64,000 nt of DNA. It comes from Elusimicrobiota bacterium (GTDB lineage Bacteria; Elusimicrobiota; Elusimicrobia; UBA1565; UBA9628). Below the pieces are notes generated by a model. The model searched no databases and had not been told where the DNA came from. It saw only the letters and a program-made list of their open reading frames with translations. A program made the translations under genes and the position numbers. The stretch lies in NCBI GenBank assembly GCA_016234805.1, contig JACRNU010000019.1, forward strand, positions 562-64,561, written 5' to 3'. Below, in pieces: positions 20,192-30,128 of the stretch. Each line of letters begins with the position of its first letter. Within the stretch, counting starts at the first letter, position 1.

Positions 20192-21102
20192 CCGCCATCG
20201 AGGTCCGGGATCTCACGGTCCGGTTCGGGGACTTCACCGCCGTGGACCGGGTCTCCTTCAGCGTTTCCCGCGGAGAAGTCTTCGGTTTCCTCGGCGCCAA
20301 TGGCGCGGGAAAGACCACGGCCATCAGGACGCTCTGCGGCCTCCTTACGCCAACGGAAGGCTCGGTCTCCGTGGCCGGCCTGGGCTTCGAGGACGGGGGC
20401 GCTGCCATCAAGAGCAGGGTCGGCTACATGTCCCAGCGCTTCACCCTGTACAACGACCTCTCCGTGGCCGAGAACCTGGCGTTCGCGGCAGGCCTACGGC
20501 GGATGGGCTCCACGGCCCTCAAGAAGCGCGCCTCCGAGCTCCTGGGCTTCATCGGCTTCGACCGGGGCTTGGACACCCTGGTGCGCGACCTGGCCGGAGG
20601 GCTCAAGCAGGAGCTGGCTTTGGCCGCGTCGCTCCTCCACGACCCTGAGATCGTGTTTCTGGATGAGCCCACCTCCGGGGTGTCTCCTGCCTCGCGCGAG
20701 AGGTTCTGGAACCTCATCGCCAGGCTCACTGACAGCGGCAAGACCGTGCTCGTGACCACGCACTACATGGACGAGGCCGAGCATTGCGGCCGTATCGGGC
20801 TCATGGCCGCGGGCCGGCTCATCGCGCTCGACACCCCGGAACGCCTGAAATCCTCCGTGTTCCCAGGTCCCATGGTCGAGATCGACCCTGGGGCCGTGGA
20901 CCCGCGTGCGGTCGCGGGCCTTGCGGCCGAACCAGGGGTCGTGTCCTTTCAGCCCCATGGCCAGCGGTTCCACTTGAACGCCGTGGACGAGGCTGCTTGG
21001 ACGGCGCTCGAACGACGCCTTCCTCCTGGCGCCAACGCCAGGCGGATCAGGCCGTCGCTCGAGGACGTGTTCATCCGCCTGGTGGAGGAGGCCGGCCGAT
21101 GA
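20188..21102 (+). CDS. ABC transporter ATP-binding protein
   Basis: GANGAGKTT, LDEPTSG and TTHYMDEAE. Confidence 0.93.
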   Translation: MTAIEVRDLTVRFGDFTAVDRVSFSVSRGEVFGFLGANGAGKTTAIRTLCGLLTPTEGSVSVAGLGFEDGGAAIKSRVGYMSQRFTLYNDLSVAENLAFAAGLRRMGSTALKKRASELLGFIGFDRGLDTLVRDLAGGLKQELALAASLLHDPEIVFLDEPTSGVSPASRERFWNLIARLTDSGKTVLVTTHYMDEAEHCGRIGLMAAGRLIALDTPERLKSSVFPGPMVEIDPGAVDPRAVAGLAAEPGVVSFQPHGQRFHLNAVDEAAWTALERRLPPGANARRIRPSLEDVFIRLVEEAGR

Positions 21103-22280
21103 CCGAGACGGGGAACCCGCGAAGCAGGGCGGAGACCATGAAGCACGGCTTCCAGCTCGTCCGCGCCAAGGCCATGGCGCGCAAGGAGGTCCGCCACATC
21201 CTGCGCGACCCCTTCACCTTGGGCCTGGCCCTGGGCCTGCCGGTCCTGCTCGTAGCCTTCTTCGGCATCGCCATCGACTTCGACGTGCGCGACATCGTCA
21301 CCGTGGTCCACGACTCCGACCGCTCTCGGCCCTCGCGGCAGTTCGCGGAAGTCTTCGCTGCCTCGGACTACTTCCGCGTCCAGGCCCCAACGCCTGGGGG
21401 CGGGATCCTGAGACAGCTCGATGCTGAGACGGCCGGCGCCGTGCTGATCATTACGCCCGGCTTCAGTCGTGACCTGCGAGCCGGCAAGGAGGTCCGGGCG
21501 CAGTTCGTGCTCGATGGCGCGGACAATGCAAGGGCTGTGGCCATCCTGGGCTACCTTCCCGGTCTGCTGGCCTCGGCCCGGCGCCGCCTCGTCACGGCCG
21601 CTGCAAGCTTTCCCTTTCCGATAGAGGCGGAACCGGTCCATCTCAAGACCCGCTTCCTTTATAACCACGAGCTCAACAGCAGGTGGTTCACCATCCCGGG
21701 CCTTTCCGTGATCGTGCTGGGCCTGCTCTCCATCCTGTTCACGGCCCTGACCGTGGCCCGGGAATGGGAGAACGGGTCCATGGAACTCCTCCTCTCGACC
21801 CCGGTGCGGCCCCTGGAGATCATCGCGGGCAAAATCGCGCCCTATCTGGCCTTGAGCTGCTGCGGCATGCTCATCCTGTATCTGGTGGCGAGGCTGGGCT
21901 TCGGCGTTCCCTTCCGCGGAAGCCACATCCTCTTCGCATGCGTCGCGCTCATGTTCCTGCTGGCGAGCCTCTCACAAGGGCTGCTTATTTCGGTGCTGAC
22001 GCGCCAGCAGCAGCTGGCCATGCAGCTTTCCATGATGACAGGACTCCTGCCGTCTTTGCTCCTCTCCGGCTTCATCTTCCCGGTGGAGAGCATGCCTGTC
22101 TTCTTCCAATACTTCACCGCGCTCCTGCCCCCGCGCTGGTTCATGGCAGCATGCCGCGGCATCTTCCTCAAAGGCGCGGGCCCTCTGGAACTGGCACAGC
22201 CGCTCTTTGCCCTGGCCCTGCTCGACGCGGTCCTCATCACGGCCGCGGCCAAGAGGTTCAAAAGGGACCTCGAGCCATGA
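21099..22280 (+). CDS. ABC-2 permease (YbhS-like)
   Basis: RKEVRHILRDP, AREWENGSME and LSGFIFPVESMP. Confidence 0.92.
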   Translation: MTETGNPRSRAETMKHGFQLVRAKAMARKEVRHILRDPFTLGLALGLPVLLVAFFGIAIDFDVRDIVTVVHDSDRSRPSRQFAEVFAASDYFRVQAPTPGGGILRQLDAETAGAVLIITPGFSRDLRAGKEVRAQFVLDGADNARAVAILGYLPGLLASARRRLVTAAASFPFPIEAEPVHLKTRFLYNHELNSRWFTIPGLSVIVLGLLSILFTALTVAREWENGSMELLLSTPVRPLEIIAGKIAPYLALSCCGMLILYLVARLGFGVPFRGSHILFACVALMFLLASLSQGLLISVLTRQQQLAMQLSMMTGLLPSLLLSGFIFPVESMPVFFQYFTALLPPRWFMAACRGIFLKGAGPLELAQPLFALALLDAVLITAAAKRFKRDLEP

Positions 22281-23377
22281 AGACCGTCCTCATGGCGTTC
22301 CTGCGCAAGGAGCTCTCCCAGGCTCTGCGCGACCCGCGCATGAGGGTGCTCCTCTTCGTCATGCCCGTGATTCAGATGGCCGTGTTCGGCTATGCCATCT
22401 CCACCGAGATCCGCGGCATCAGGCTGGCCGCGTTCCACGCCCCGAACGACGCAACGAGCCGCCGGCTCGTTGACCGCTTCTTCGCGTCAGGCTGGTTCCT
22501 CCCTGTCCCGGCGGAGGGCGGTGATCCCTTCAGCCTCATCCAGGCCGGAAAAGCGGATGCCGTGCTCGTGGCGCCGGAACACGGCCTCACCCGCAGCCTG
22601 GGCCGGGGAGCGGGAGAGGTCCAACTCCTCGTCGATGCCGCCAATGCCGCCAAAGCCCGCGCTGTCGAGGCTTATGCCCGCTCCATCATCGCGGCCGCTG
22701 TCCCGCGACCCTCGGGGACCGGCCCGGCCGGACAGGGGATCGCGCTCGACGTCCGGGTCCTCTACAACCCGGCCATGGAATCCTCGGTCTTCATGGTGCC
22801 CGGGGTCATGGGCATGATCGTGTGCCTGGTCACCATCGTGCTGACCAGCATGTCCCTGGCCCGGGAGAAGGAGACCGGGACCTTCGAAACCATCATCGCG
22901 GCCCCCCTCTCGGTGGGAGAGATCCTGCTCGGCAAGACCGTGCCCTTCATCCTGCTTGGCCTGGCGGACTGCTGCCTGGTCCTGCTCGCAGGGACCCTTC
23001 TTTTCAGCGTGCCTTCGCGCGGTCCCCTCTGGATGCTGGCCGTGGCCAGCGCCGCCTTCGTGGTCACCACCGTGTCCGTGGGCACCCTCATCTCCACGGT
23101 CTCGCGCAACCAGCAGCAAGCCATGCTGGGCAGCTTCATGTTCCTCTTTCCCGCGAACCTCCTCTCCGGCATCATGTTCCCGGTGGAGAACATGCCCCCC
23201 GCGGTGCGGTGGGCGGCGTATTTCGACCCTCTGAAATATTTCGTAACATTGGTCAGAAACATCATGCTCAAGGGGGGAGACCCCTGGGTCTTCGTTTCCA
23301 ACGTCGCGGTGCTTGCTCTCATGGCTGTCCTGACCGCGGCCTTGAGCTACAGGCGGTTCCGGCGGACGCTGGAGTGA
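22277..23377 (+). CDS. ABC-2 permease (YbhR-like)
   Basis: [19 protein letters not shown] and [12 protein letters not shown]. Confidence 0.92.
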   Translation: MKTVLMAFLRKELSQALRDPRMRVLLFVMPVIQMAVFGYAISTEIRGIRLAAFHAPNDATSRRLVDRFFASGWFLPVPAEGGDPFSLIQAGKADAVLVAPEHGLTRSLGRGAGEVQLLVDAANAAKARAVEAYARSIIAAAVPRPSGTGPAGQGIALDVRVLYNPAMESSVFMVPGVMGMIVCLVTIVLTSMSLAREKETGTFETIIAAPLSVGEILLGKTVPFILLGLADCCLVLLAGTLLFSVPSRGPLWMLAVASAAFVVTTVSVGTLISTVSRNQQQAMLGSFMFLFPANLLSGIMFPVENMPPAVRWAAYFDPLKYFVTLVRNIMLKGGDPWVFVSNVAVLALMAVLTAALSYRRFRRTLE

Positions 23378-23403
23378 CCGGAGACGCGCACCAAGGAGGA
23401 ATC

Positions 23404-23562
23404 GTGGCGACATACAAGTGCTCCGTGTGCGGCTACATCTACGACCCCGCAAAGGGCGACCCGGACCACGGCATCAAGGCCAAGACGCCGTTCGAGAAGC
23501 TCCCGTCCGACTACACCTGCCCGGTCTGCGGGGTGGGCAAGAGCGACTTCGAGAAGCAATAG
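23404..23562 (+). CDS. Rubredoxin
   Basis: GTG after [23 protein letters not shown]...[13 protein letters not shown]. Confidence 0.95.
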   Translation: MATYKCSVCGYIYDPAKGDPDHGIKAKTPFEKLPSDYTCPVCGVGKSDFEKQ

Positions 23563-23572
23563 GAGAGACGCC

Positions 23573-23920
23573 ATGGCATTCAGCAAGGCAAAGGGAGACC
23601 CGGAGAGCCTCAAGGGCAGGACCATCACGCCGAGCAAGCTCGTAGGTTACCAGAAAGGCTCGGTCGTCAGCCGCACCATCGTGGAGCGGCCCACCGGCAC
23701 GGTCACGCTCTTCGCCTTCGACAAGGGCGAGGGCTTGAGCGAGCACACGGCCCCTTTCGACGCGCTGGTGCAGGTCCTCGACGGCGAAGCCGAGGTCCGC
23801 GTCTCGGGCAAGCCTCACCGGGTCAGGGCCGGCGAGGCCATCATCATGCCCGCGGGAAAGCCCCACAGCCTGAGGGCCGTGGAGCGCTTCAAGATGGAAC
23901 TCGTTATGATCCGTTCGTAG
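23573..23920 (+). CDS. Cupin domain protein
   Basis: LFAFDKGEGLSEHTAPFDA...MPAGKPHSL. Confidence 0.88.
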   Translation: MAFSKAKGDPESLKGRTITPSKLVGYQKGSVVSRTIVERPTGTVTLFAFDKGEGLSEHTAPFDALVQVLDGEAEVRVSGKPHRVRAGEAIIMPAGKPHSLRAVERFKMELVMIRS

Positions 23921-23924
23921 GCTG

Positions 23925-25866
23925 TCACACCGCGGTCTTGCGCCGGAACAGGGCCGCGGCCCGGGCGCGCAGGATCCTGGGGTCGAACGGCTTGGCCAGA
24001 TAGTCATCAGCTCCGCACTGCAGGGCCTGCACCTGCGCCTCGGCCTCGCCGACCGCGGTCACCACGATGACCGGAACGGTTGCCGTGGCCGGCGCAGCGC
24101 GCAAGCGCTTGAGCACGGCAAAGCCGTCCATCCCGGGCATCATGAGGTCCAGCAGCACGAGGTCCGGCGGGTCGGCCCACGCGGCCGACAACGCCTCCTC
24201 ACCCGATGGGGCCTCGGAGAGAGCGTACCCGTCCGCGGCAAGGCTTGCGGCCATGAGGTTGCGGTTGTCCGGGTTGTCGTCCACGATCAGCACCTTCGCC
24301 CCGGTCGCACGGCTTGCCGGCCGGACAGTCAACGGAACGTCCATCCCCATCGGATCATCCACTGGAACCGGCTCGGGGCTTTGGAGGCGAGCGGGGATGT
24401 CGTCCCTCGCGCTCATGCCCACGACCGAGGCCGCTTCATCCACCTTCGTATCCCCGCGGAGGAGGTGGTACTTGGCGTCCTCCTCGAGCGTCCTCAGCCA
24501 TCCTGCCCGGCGCGCCATCTCCGCGAAAGCCGCGGTCTCGGTCTCGCCGGAGAGCCGCCTTCTCACCGCGGGCTCGGAAAGGTCGAGTATCTCGGCCAGG
24601 GCCAGCCTGCCCCGCAGTCCCGACCCGGAGCAGGACTCGCACCCGGAGCCGCCGCACGCGGCGCACCGCCTCCTCACGAGCCGCTGGGAAACGACTCCTA
24701 TCAGGGCCGAGGCGATCCTGAAGCGCTCCACGCCCATGTCCAGCAATCGGTCGATGGTGGCTGTCGCGTCGTTGGTGTGGAGCGTGGAAAGCACGAGGTG
24801 TCCGGTCATGGCCGCCTGGAACGCGATGTCCGCGGTCTCGCGGTCCCTGATCTCCCCCACGAGGATGATGTCCGGGTCCTGCCTGAGGACCGAGCGCAGG
24901 ATTGAGGCGAAGCCCATGCCGGCCTTGTCGCTCACCTGGATCTGGTTGACGCCGGCCATGCGGTACTCGACCGGGTCCTCCACGGTCGTGATGTTGACCC
25001 CGTCCGCGCGCAGGCCGGCAAGGAGGGAATAGAGCGTCGTGGTCTTGCCTGAGCCTGTCGGCCCGGTCACCAGCAGAAGCCCCTGCGGGATGGAAGAGAG
25101 CCGTTCCATGGTCTTCAAGAGGTCCGGCCGGAACCCCAAGGAAGCCAGAGGCACCTCGGCCTGCCTGGGATCGAGGATGCGCAGGACCGCCTTTTCTCCG
25201 AAGGAGGTCGGCACTGTGGAGACCCGGAGCCCCAGTTCCCGCTCCCCGACCCGCAGTTTGGCGCGGCCGTCCTGCGGCCTCCTGCGGTCCGCGATGTCAA
25301 GACGCGCCATGATCTTGATGCGCGAGACGAGCGCCCCGGCCGCGACATGCCGGGGCAGAGTCGCCCTCGTCGCTTGAAAGGCACTCGACAGCCTCGCTCT
25401 CCGGCAGGCTGCGCAGGAGGTCGTAGACCACGGCATCAGGGGAGTAAAGGGCGTCGAGCAGGTCCCTGACCTGGCGCGACAAAGCGTAGCGGGCCACTGG
25501 TTCCCTGCCGCTGACCGCGCAAACCTCGGCCAGAGCCTCGGCGTCCAAGGGGTTCGACATGGCCACGACGATGCGGCCATCCTCCAAGCCCAGGGGAGCC
25601 AGACCCCTGCGCCGGCACACTGGCTCCGGGAGCAGGCCTTTCACCAGGGGGTCAGGGGCGCCGGCGGACGGCTCGGCCAGGCGCAGGCGGTACTGGTCCC
25701 AGAGCGCGTCGCCGAAGGCTTGGCGGCTGAGGGCCCCTGTCGAGAACGCCTCAGCCACCGGGTCGGGCGCCCCGCGCAGTCTTTCCAGGGCCTCGGCTGA
25801 GACCAACCCCCGCTTTTCCGCAAGCCTCAGGAACCACTCGTCACGGCCGGCTGTCAGCTTTCCCAT
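23925..25866 (-). pseudogene. GspE/PilB-type secretion ATPase with C-terminal receiver domain, disrupted by an internal deletion/frameshift near 25355
   Basis: N-domain (VAMSNPLD) in one frame; RRRPQDGR, GPTGSGKTT, LRQDPD and TGHLVLSTLH plus REC in another; the expected ASDIH segment is absent. Confidence 0.8.
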
Positions 25867-26242
25867 GGAGGCTTCCTCCCGCGATGGCCTTGCGCACCTC
25901 GGCCACCAGCCTGGCCGGGGCGCAGGGCTTGGCGATGACGCCGTCGCACCCGGCCCGGGCCGCCTTCTCCGCGTCCCCGGCAAGGGCATAAGCCGTGAAG
26001 GCCAGCACCGGGACGCCTCCCAAGAGCGGGTTCGCCTTGAGGCGCCGCGTGGTCTCCCAACCGTCGAGCACGGGCATGCCCATGTCCATCAGCACCAAGT
26101 CAGGCGGCTCGGCCTCGGCCAGGGCCAGGGCCGCGGCTCCGTCTTCGGCCAAGACGACCCTGAAGCCGGCTGCCTTCAAGGCCGCGGCCGCCACGGCGCG
26201 ATTGTCCGCATCGTCGTCCGCGACCAGCACCAGAGGATTCAT
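25841..26242 (-). CDS. Single-domain response regulator (DivK-like)
   Basis: VADDD, LMDMGMPVLDG, FTAYA and AKP. Confidence 0.9.
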   Translation of the reverse strand: MNPLVLVADDDADNRAVAAAALKAAGFRVVLAEDGAAALALAEAEPPDLVLMDMGMPVLDGWETTRRLKANPLLGGVPVLAFTAYALAGDAEKAARAGCDGVIAKPCAPARLVAEVRKAIAGGSLHGKADSRP

Positions 26243-28137
26243 CGTCGGACCTCCGCGAGCGCCGTGAGCTTGCGCTTGAGCCCGGCAAGGATCTCCGCCA
26301 CGCTGAGCGCGCCCTTGCGCACCACTGCCGCGTCATTGGTCTGCAGGCGGACAGCCTCTTCGGGGGAGACCTCTCGGCCCGTCAGGATCACGACCGGGAC
26401 CTTGCGGCTGCCGGGTTCCCGGCCCATCTCCTCGGCCACGGCAAGACCGCTCATGTCAGGCAGGCCCATGTCCAGGAACATGGCGTCCGGCTTCTCCTGC
26501 CTCCAGCAGGCGAGCGCCTCGGCGCCCGTCCCGGCGGACACCACGGAAAAGCCTTCGCTGGTGAGACCGAAAGTCATCAGGGAGACGATATCGGGATCAT
26601 CGTCGACCACGAGCACCTTGCGGCCCAGGAGCCGCGACTGCGCGCGCAGCTTGGCCAGCAGGCCGGCCCGGTCAAAAGGCTTGACGAGGTAGTCGGAGAC
26701 CCCCAGAGAGAACCCCAGGGCCTGATTCTCGATGATCGAAAGGATGAACACCGGGATGGGCCGCAGGACCGGGTCGGCCTTGAGCTCTCTGAGCACGGAC
26801 CAGCCGTCGCGCCGCGGCATGAGGATGTCGAGCGTGATGATCTCCGGCATCAGGCGCCGGGCCAGGGCAAGCCCCTCGTCGGCGCACAAGGCCCCCCTGA
26901 ACTCGAACTCCGTGGCGGAGAGGCTGTCCCGCAGGAGCCGGAGCACCTCGGGGTCGTCGTCGATGCTGAGGATGACCTTGCGGCCCGGCCGGACCTCCTC
27001 GGTTCCCCCGCCCGCGATCGCCGGGACATCAGCCAGGGGACGGGAAGCTCCGGGCAGGAGCACCTTGAAGACCGAGCCCCCGCCCACCCGGCTCTCAACG
27101 CTGATCGAGCCCTGCAGGAGCTCCGAGAGCTTCTTCGTGATGGAAAGACCCAGCCCGGTGCCCCCCTGCTTGCGGACCGAAGAGCCGTCCACCTGGGTGA
27201 ACTGCTCGAAGACGAAGTCCAGGTGCTCGGCCGCGATGCCGCAGCCCGTGTCCTGGACCCAAAACTCGATCCTTCCTTCGGAACCGGCCCGCGCTCCCAG
27301 GGTGACCGTGCCCCGGTCCGTGAACTTGATGGCGTTGCCCGCGAGGTTGACCAGTATCTGCTTGACCTTGGTGCGGTCCGAACGCAGCGGGATGCCCGCC
27401 CCGGCCTCCCAGGCCATGGCGAGCCCCTTGGCCTTGGCCAGGGACTGCATCGTGTCCACGGTCTCCCTCAGGAGGTCCGCCACGTCGAAATCCTCCAGGA
27501 AGACCTGCATCATGCCGGCGTTGAGCTTGGAATAGTCCAAGACGTTGTTGATGAGCGCCAGCAGGTTCTTCGAGTTGACCAGGACGCGCTCGAGCGGCTC
27601 TCTCTGGACCTCGGTCACTGCTCCGTAGGTGCCGTCCAGGAGCAGTGAGGTGTAGCCCATGAGGGCGTTCATGGGCGTGCGAAGCTCGTGGCTCATGTTG
27701 GCCAGGAACTCGGACTTGACCCGGTCTGCTTCCTCGAGCTCGTTGACCTTGGCTCTCAGCCGCTTGCGCTCGACCGCCCGGGCGGCCAGGTCCGCGAGGT
27801 GGTCGAGCGAGTACGGCTTGGCCACATAATCGTACGCCCCGGCCTTGAGCGCGGCGATGGCGGTCTCCACCGTGGCGTTGCCCGTGACCATGATGACCTC
27901 GAGCTTGGGCCGGAGGTCCTTGAGCGCCTTGAGCACTTCGACGCCGTCCATGCCGGGCAGGCCGATGTCGCAGATGGCGGCGTCGAACTCCTCCCGGAGC
28001 GCAAGGCCGACGGCTTCCTCGCCCGAACCAGCCGCGGCCACGCGAAAGCCCTCCAGGGGCAAGGCCCGGCAGAGCAGGTTCCTCACCGAAGGCTCGTCGT
28101 CGATGACCAGCACGTATCCGCCCCGAACGTGGTCCAT
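26239..28137 (-). CDS. Cytoplasmic hybrid histidine kinase (REC-HisKA-HATPase-REC-REC)
   Basis: SHELRTPMN, NAIKFT, DTGCGI, GGTGLGL and three receiver domains. Confidence 0.93.
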   Translation of the reverse strand: MDHVRGGYVLVIDDEPSVRNLLCRALPLEGFRVAAAGSGEEAVGLALREEFDAAICDIGLPGMDGVEVLKALKDLRPKLEVIMVTGNATVETAIAALKAGAYDYVAKPYSLDHLADLAARAVERKRLRAKVNELEEADRVKSEFLANMSHELRTPMNALMGYTSLLLDGTYGAVTEVQREPLERVLVNSKNLLALINNVLDYSKLNAGMMQVFLEDFDVADLLRETVDTMQSLAKAKGLAMAWEAGAGIPLRSDRTKVKQILVNLAGNAIKFTDRGTVTLGARAGSEGRIEFWVQDTGCGIAAEHLDFVFEQFTQVDGSSVRKQGGTGLGLSITKKLSELLQGSISVESRVGGGSVFKVLLPGASRPLADVPAIAGGGTEEVRPGRKVILSIDDDPEVLRLLRDSLSATEFEFRGALCADEGLALARRLMPEIITLDILMPRRDGWSVLRELKADPVLRPIPVFILSIIENQALGFSLGVSDYLVKPFDRAGLLAKLRAQSRLLGRKVLVVDDDPDIVSLMTFGLTSEGFSVVSAGTGAEALACWRQEKPDAMFLDMGLPDMSGLAVAEEMGREPGSRKVPVVILTGREVSPEEAVRLQTNDAAVVRKGALSVAEILAGLKRKLTALAEVRR

Positions 28138-28142
28138 ACCAT

Positions 28143-28197
28143 AGTATGGCGCGGCCGGCTGAAGCAGGGCTTGCGGAGAGCTTAAGAAGGGATTAAC
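28143..28197 (-). promoter_or_regulatory. Promoter with four 11-bp-phased direct half-sites and a -10 hexamer
   Basis: Minus strand: GTTAAT-5-CTTAAG-5-CGCAAG-5-CTTCAG-10-CATACT-5-ATG. Confidence 0.7.
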
Positions 28198-28200
28198 TGG

Positions 28201-28893
28201 TCAGTCTTCGAACTTATAGCCGTGGCCGAGGACGGCCACGATGCGCTTGGCCAGGCCGGGCCCGAGCTTCTTGCGCAGGTGGCAGACATGGACCTCGACC
28301 GTGCCCGGGTCGTTGTAATCGGCCGGGTCGTAGCCCCATACGGTCTCGAGCAGGTAGTTGATGGTCAGGGCCTTGCCGGGCCTGCTCAGCAGGGTCGCAA
28401 GCAGATCGAACTCCTTGCGGGTCAGGGAGACCTTCTTCCCCCGGACGCTGACGGTGCGGCCCGCCGGGTCGAGCTCGACGCCGTGCTTCTTGAGCCGCTC
28501 GTCGGAAACGACCACGACCTTGTAGCGCCTCAGGACCGCCTCGATGCGCGCCTTCAAGACCGCCATGGAGAAGGGCTTGGCCACGTAGTCGTCCGCCCCG
28601 CCCGCGAACCCGGCGAGGACATGCTGCTCGTCGATGAGGGCCCCGCTCATGATGATGATCGGGACGGTCTGGGTCGCGGCCTCCTGCTTGAGCACCCGGC
28701 AGACCGCGTGCCCGTCCAGGCCCGGCATCTGCGCGTCCACCAGGATGATGTCCGGCTTGGACTCGCGCGCCAGCATGAGGGCCTCGGACCCGCTGTCGGA
28801 CACCACGCAGACGAACCCGTTCGCGGACAGGTAGCGCTTGAGCGCTCCCAGCACCGAACGGTCATCATCAACGATGAGTATCTTTGGCTTCAT
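28201..28893 (-). CDS. OmpR/PhoB family response regulator
   Basis: REC plus winged helix (LTRKEFDLL, VEVHVCHLRKKLG, GHGYKF). Confidence 0.93.
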   Translation of the reverse strand: MKPKILIVDDDRSVLGALKRYLSANGFVCVVSDSGSEALMLARESKPDIILVDAQMPGLDGHAVCRVLKQEAATQTVPIIIMSGALIDEQHVLAGFAGGADDYVAKPFSMAVLKARIEAVLRRYKVVVVSDERLKKHGVELDPAGRTVSVRGKKVSLTRKEFDLLATLLSRPGKALTINYLLETVWGYDPADYNDPGTVEVHVCHLRKKLGPGLAKRIVAVLGHGYKFED

Positions 28894-28946
28894 GGGCGCT
28901 CCCTGCCCAGAGTATGCCAAATCGCGGGCCGGGCGCATAGGCCCCG

Positions 28947-29888
28947 TCAATGCACGTCGTCGCGCCTGCGGTCGAAGGCGAAGCGGCTCAAGCGGCCGTC
29001 ATTCCGGGCTTTGCAGTACGACTTCATCTCAGCCGCCAGGGACACTGCCCGGGCATAGTGGTCCATGAGCCGCTGTCGGGAGCTCACGATGCCGATGGAA
29101 AGGGTCAAGAGCGACAGGCGCTGTATCCTCCCCTGCCGGTCCGCGGTCTCGACCCAGCCGCGGGCCAGGTCCACGGCCTCGTAGAACGTGACCGCTTTCT
29201 GGTCGAAGACCGTGACGATCCTCTGGCTGGCCGAAGCCGCATCCTCGGGCCTGGTCAGGAACACGAAGTCGTCGCCCCCGACGTGGCCGAGGAACGCGTC
29301 CTGCAAGGGGCGCAAGGCGGCCTCGATGACGCCTGCGGTGGCCCTGATGACCTCGTCTCCCCGGGCGAATCCGTAGTGGTCGTTGTACGCCTTGAAGTGG
29401 TCGAGGTCCGCGTAGTGAAGCGCGAAGTGCCGGTCCTCCGCGATGCGGCGGGTGACCTCGGCCTCGATCGAGGGCGTCCCCGGCAGGCGGGTCAGGGGGC
29501 TCGCGGCCAGGTCGGTCCTGCTTCGGCGGAGCGCGCTCAGCACATGGGCGCGCAGGTCGTCGGGTTGGAAGGGCTTGGCGATGAAGTCATCGGCCCCGGA
29601 CTCAAGGCCCTCGACCTCGGTCCCTGGCTGGGCGCAGCCCGTGAGCATGATGACCGGGATGGTGCGGGTGCGCGCTCCGGTGCGCAGTTCCTGAAGCACC
29701 TTCCACCCGTCCATGCGGGGCATGGAGAGGTCCAGGATGATGAGGTCCGGGCTCGCGGTCCTGGCCATCTCCAGGGCCGCGGCGCCGTCCTCGGCGCCGA
29801 CCACCTCGTACGCGGGCGCGACCAGCGCCCTGGACACGAGCTTGCGCACCGCCTCCTCGTCGTCAGCCACCAATATCTTCTGGGACAT
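28947..29888 (-). CDS. Response regulator-GGDEF (GGDDF variant) protein
   Basis: N-terminal REC, then SPLTRLPG, DLDHFKAYND and GHVGGDDF. Confidence 0.9.
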   Translation of the reverse strand: MSQKILVADDEEAVRKLVSRALVAPAYEVVGAEDGAAALEMARTASPDLIILDLSMPRMDGWKVLQELRTGARTRTIPVIMLTGCAQPGTEVEGLESGADDFIAKPFQPDDLRAHVLSALRRSRTDLAASPLTRLPGTPSIEAEVTRRIAEDRHFALHYADLDHFKAYNDHYGFARGDEVIRATAGVIEAALRPLQDAFLGHVGGDDFVFLTRPEDAASASQRIVTVFDQKAVTFYEAVDLARGWVETADRQGRIQRLSLLTLSIGIVSSRQRLMDHYARAVSLAAEMKSYCKARNDGRLSRFAFDRRRDDVH

Positions 29889-30066
29889 GACCGCCTCCTT
29901 GGCTTTCCCGCGCCGATTCCAGCAGGCCCTGCAGGCGCAGGCCGGACCGGTATGCCGCGTCCAGGGCCTGGACCGCCCGAGCATCCCCTGCCGGAAGCTT
30001 GCGGAGCAGCTCGATGTTCCCCAGCACGCAGCCCAGGACATTGGCCATGGCGTGGTACCTCTCCAT
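29863..30066 (-). CDS. Small stand-alone HisKA/DHp-like protein
   Basis: MERYHAMANVLGCVLGNIELL resembles an H-box helix; starts 6 nt after a -10 element. Confidence 0.55.
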   Translation of the reverse strand: MERYHAMANVLGCVLGNIELLRKLPAGDARAVQALDAAYRSGLRLQGLLESARESQGGGHVPEDIGG

Positions 30067-30072
30067 GCCTTC

Positions 30073-30127
30073 AGCATACCTTTCCGGCCTTGCCGGACGC
30101 TGAACCACGGCTTAACTGCGCCTTAAG
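30073..30127 (-). promoter_or_regulatory. Promoter with four 11-bp-phased direct half-sites and a -10 hexamer
   Basis: Minus strand: CTTAAG-5-GTTAAG-5-GTTCAG-5-GGCAAG-10-TATGCT-6-ATG. Confidence 0.7.
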
Positions 30128-30128
30128 G

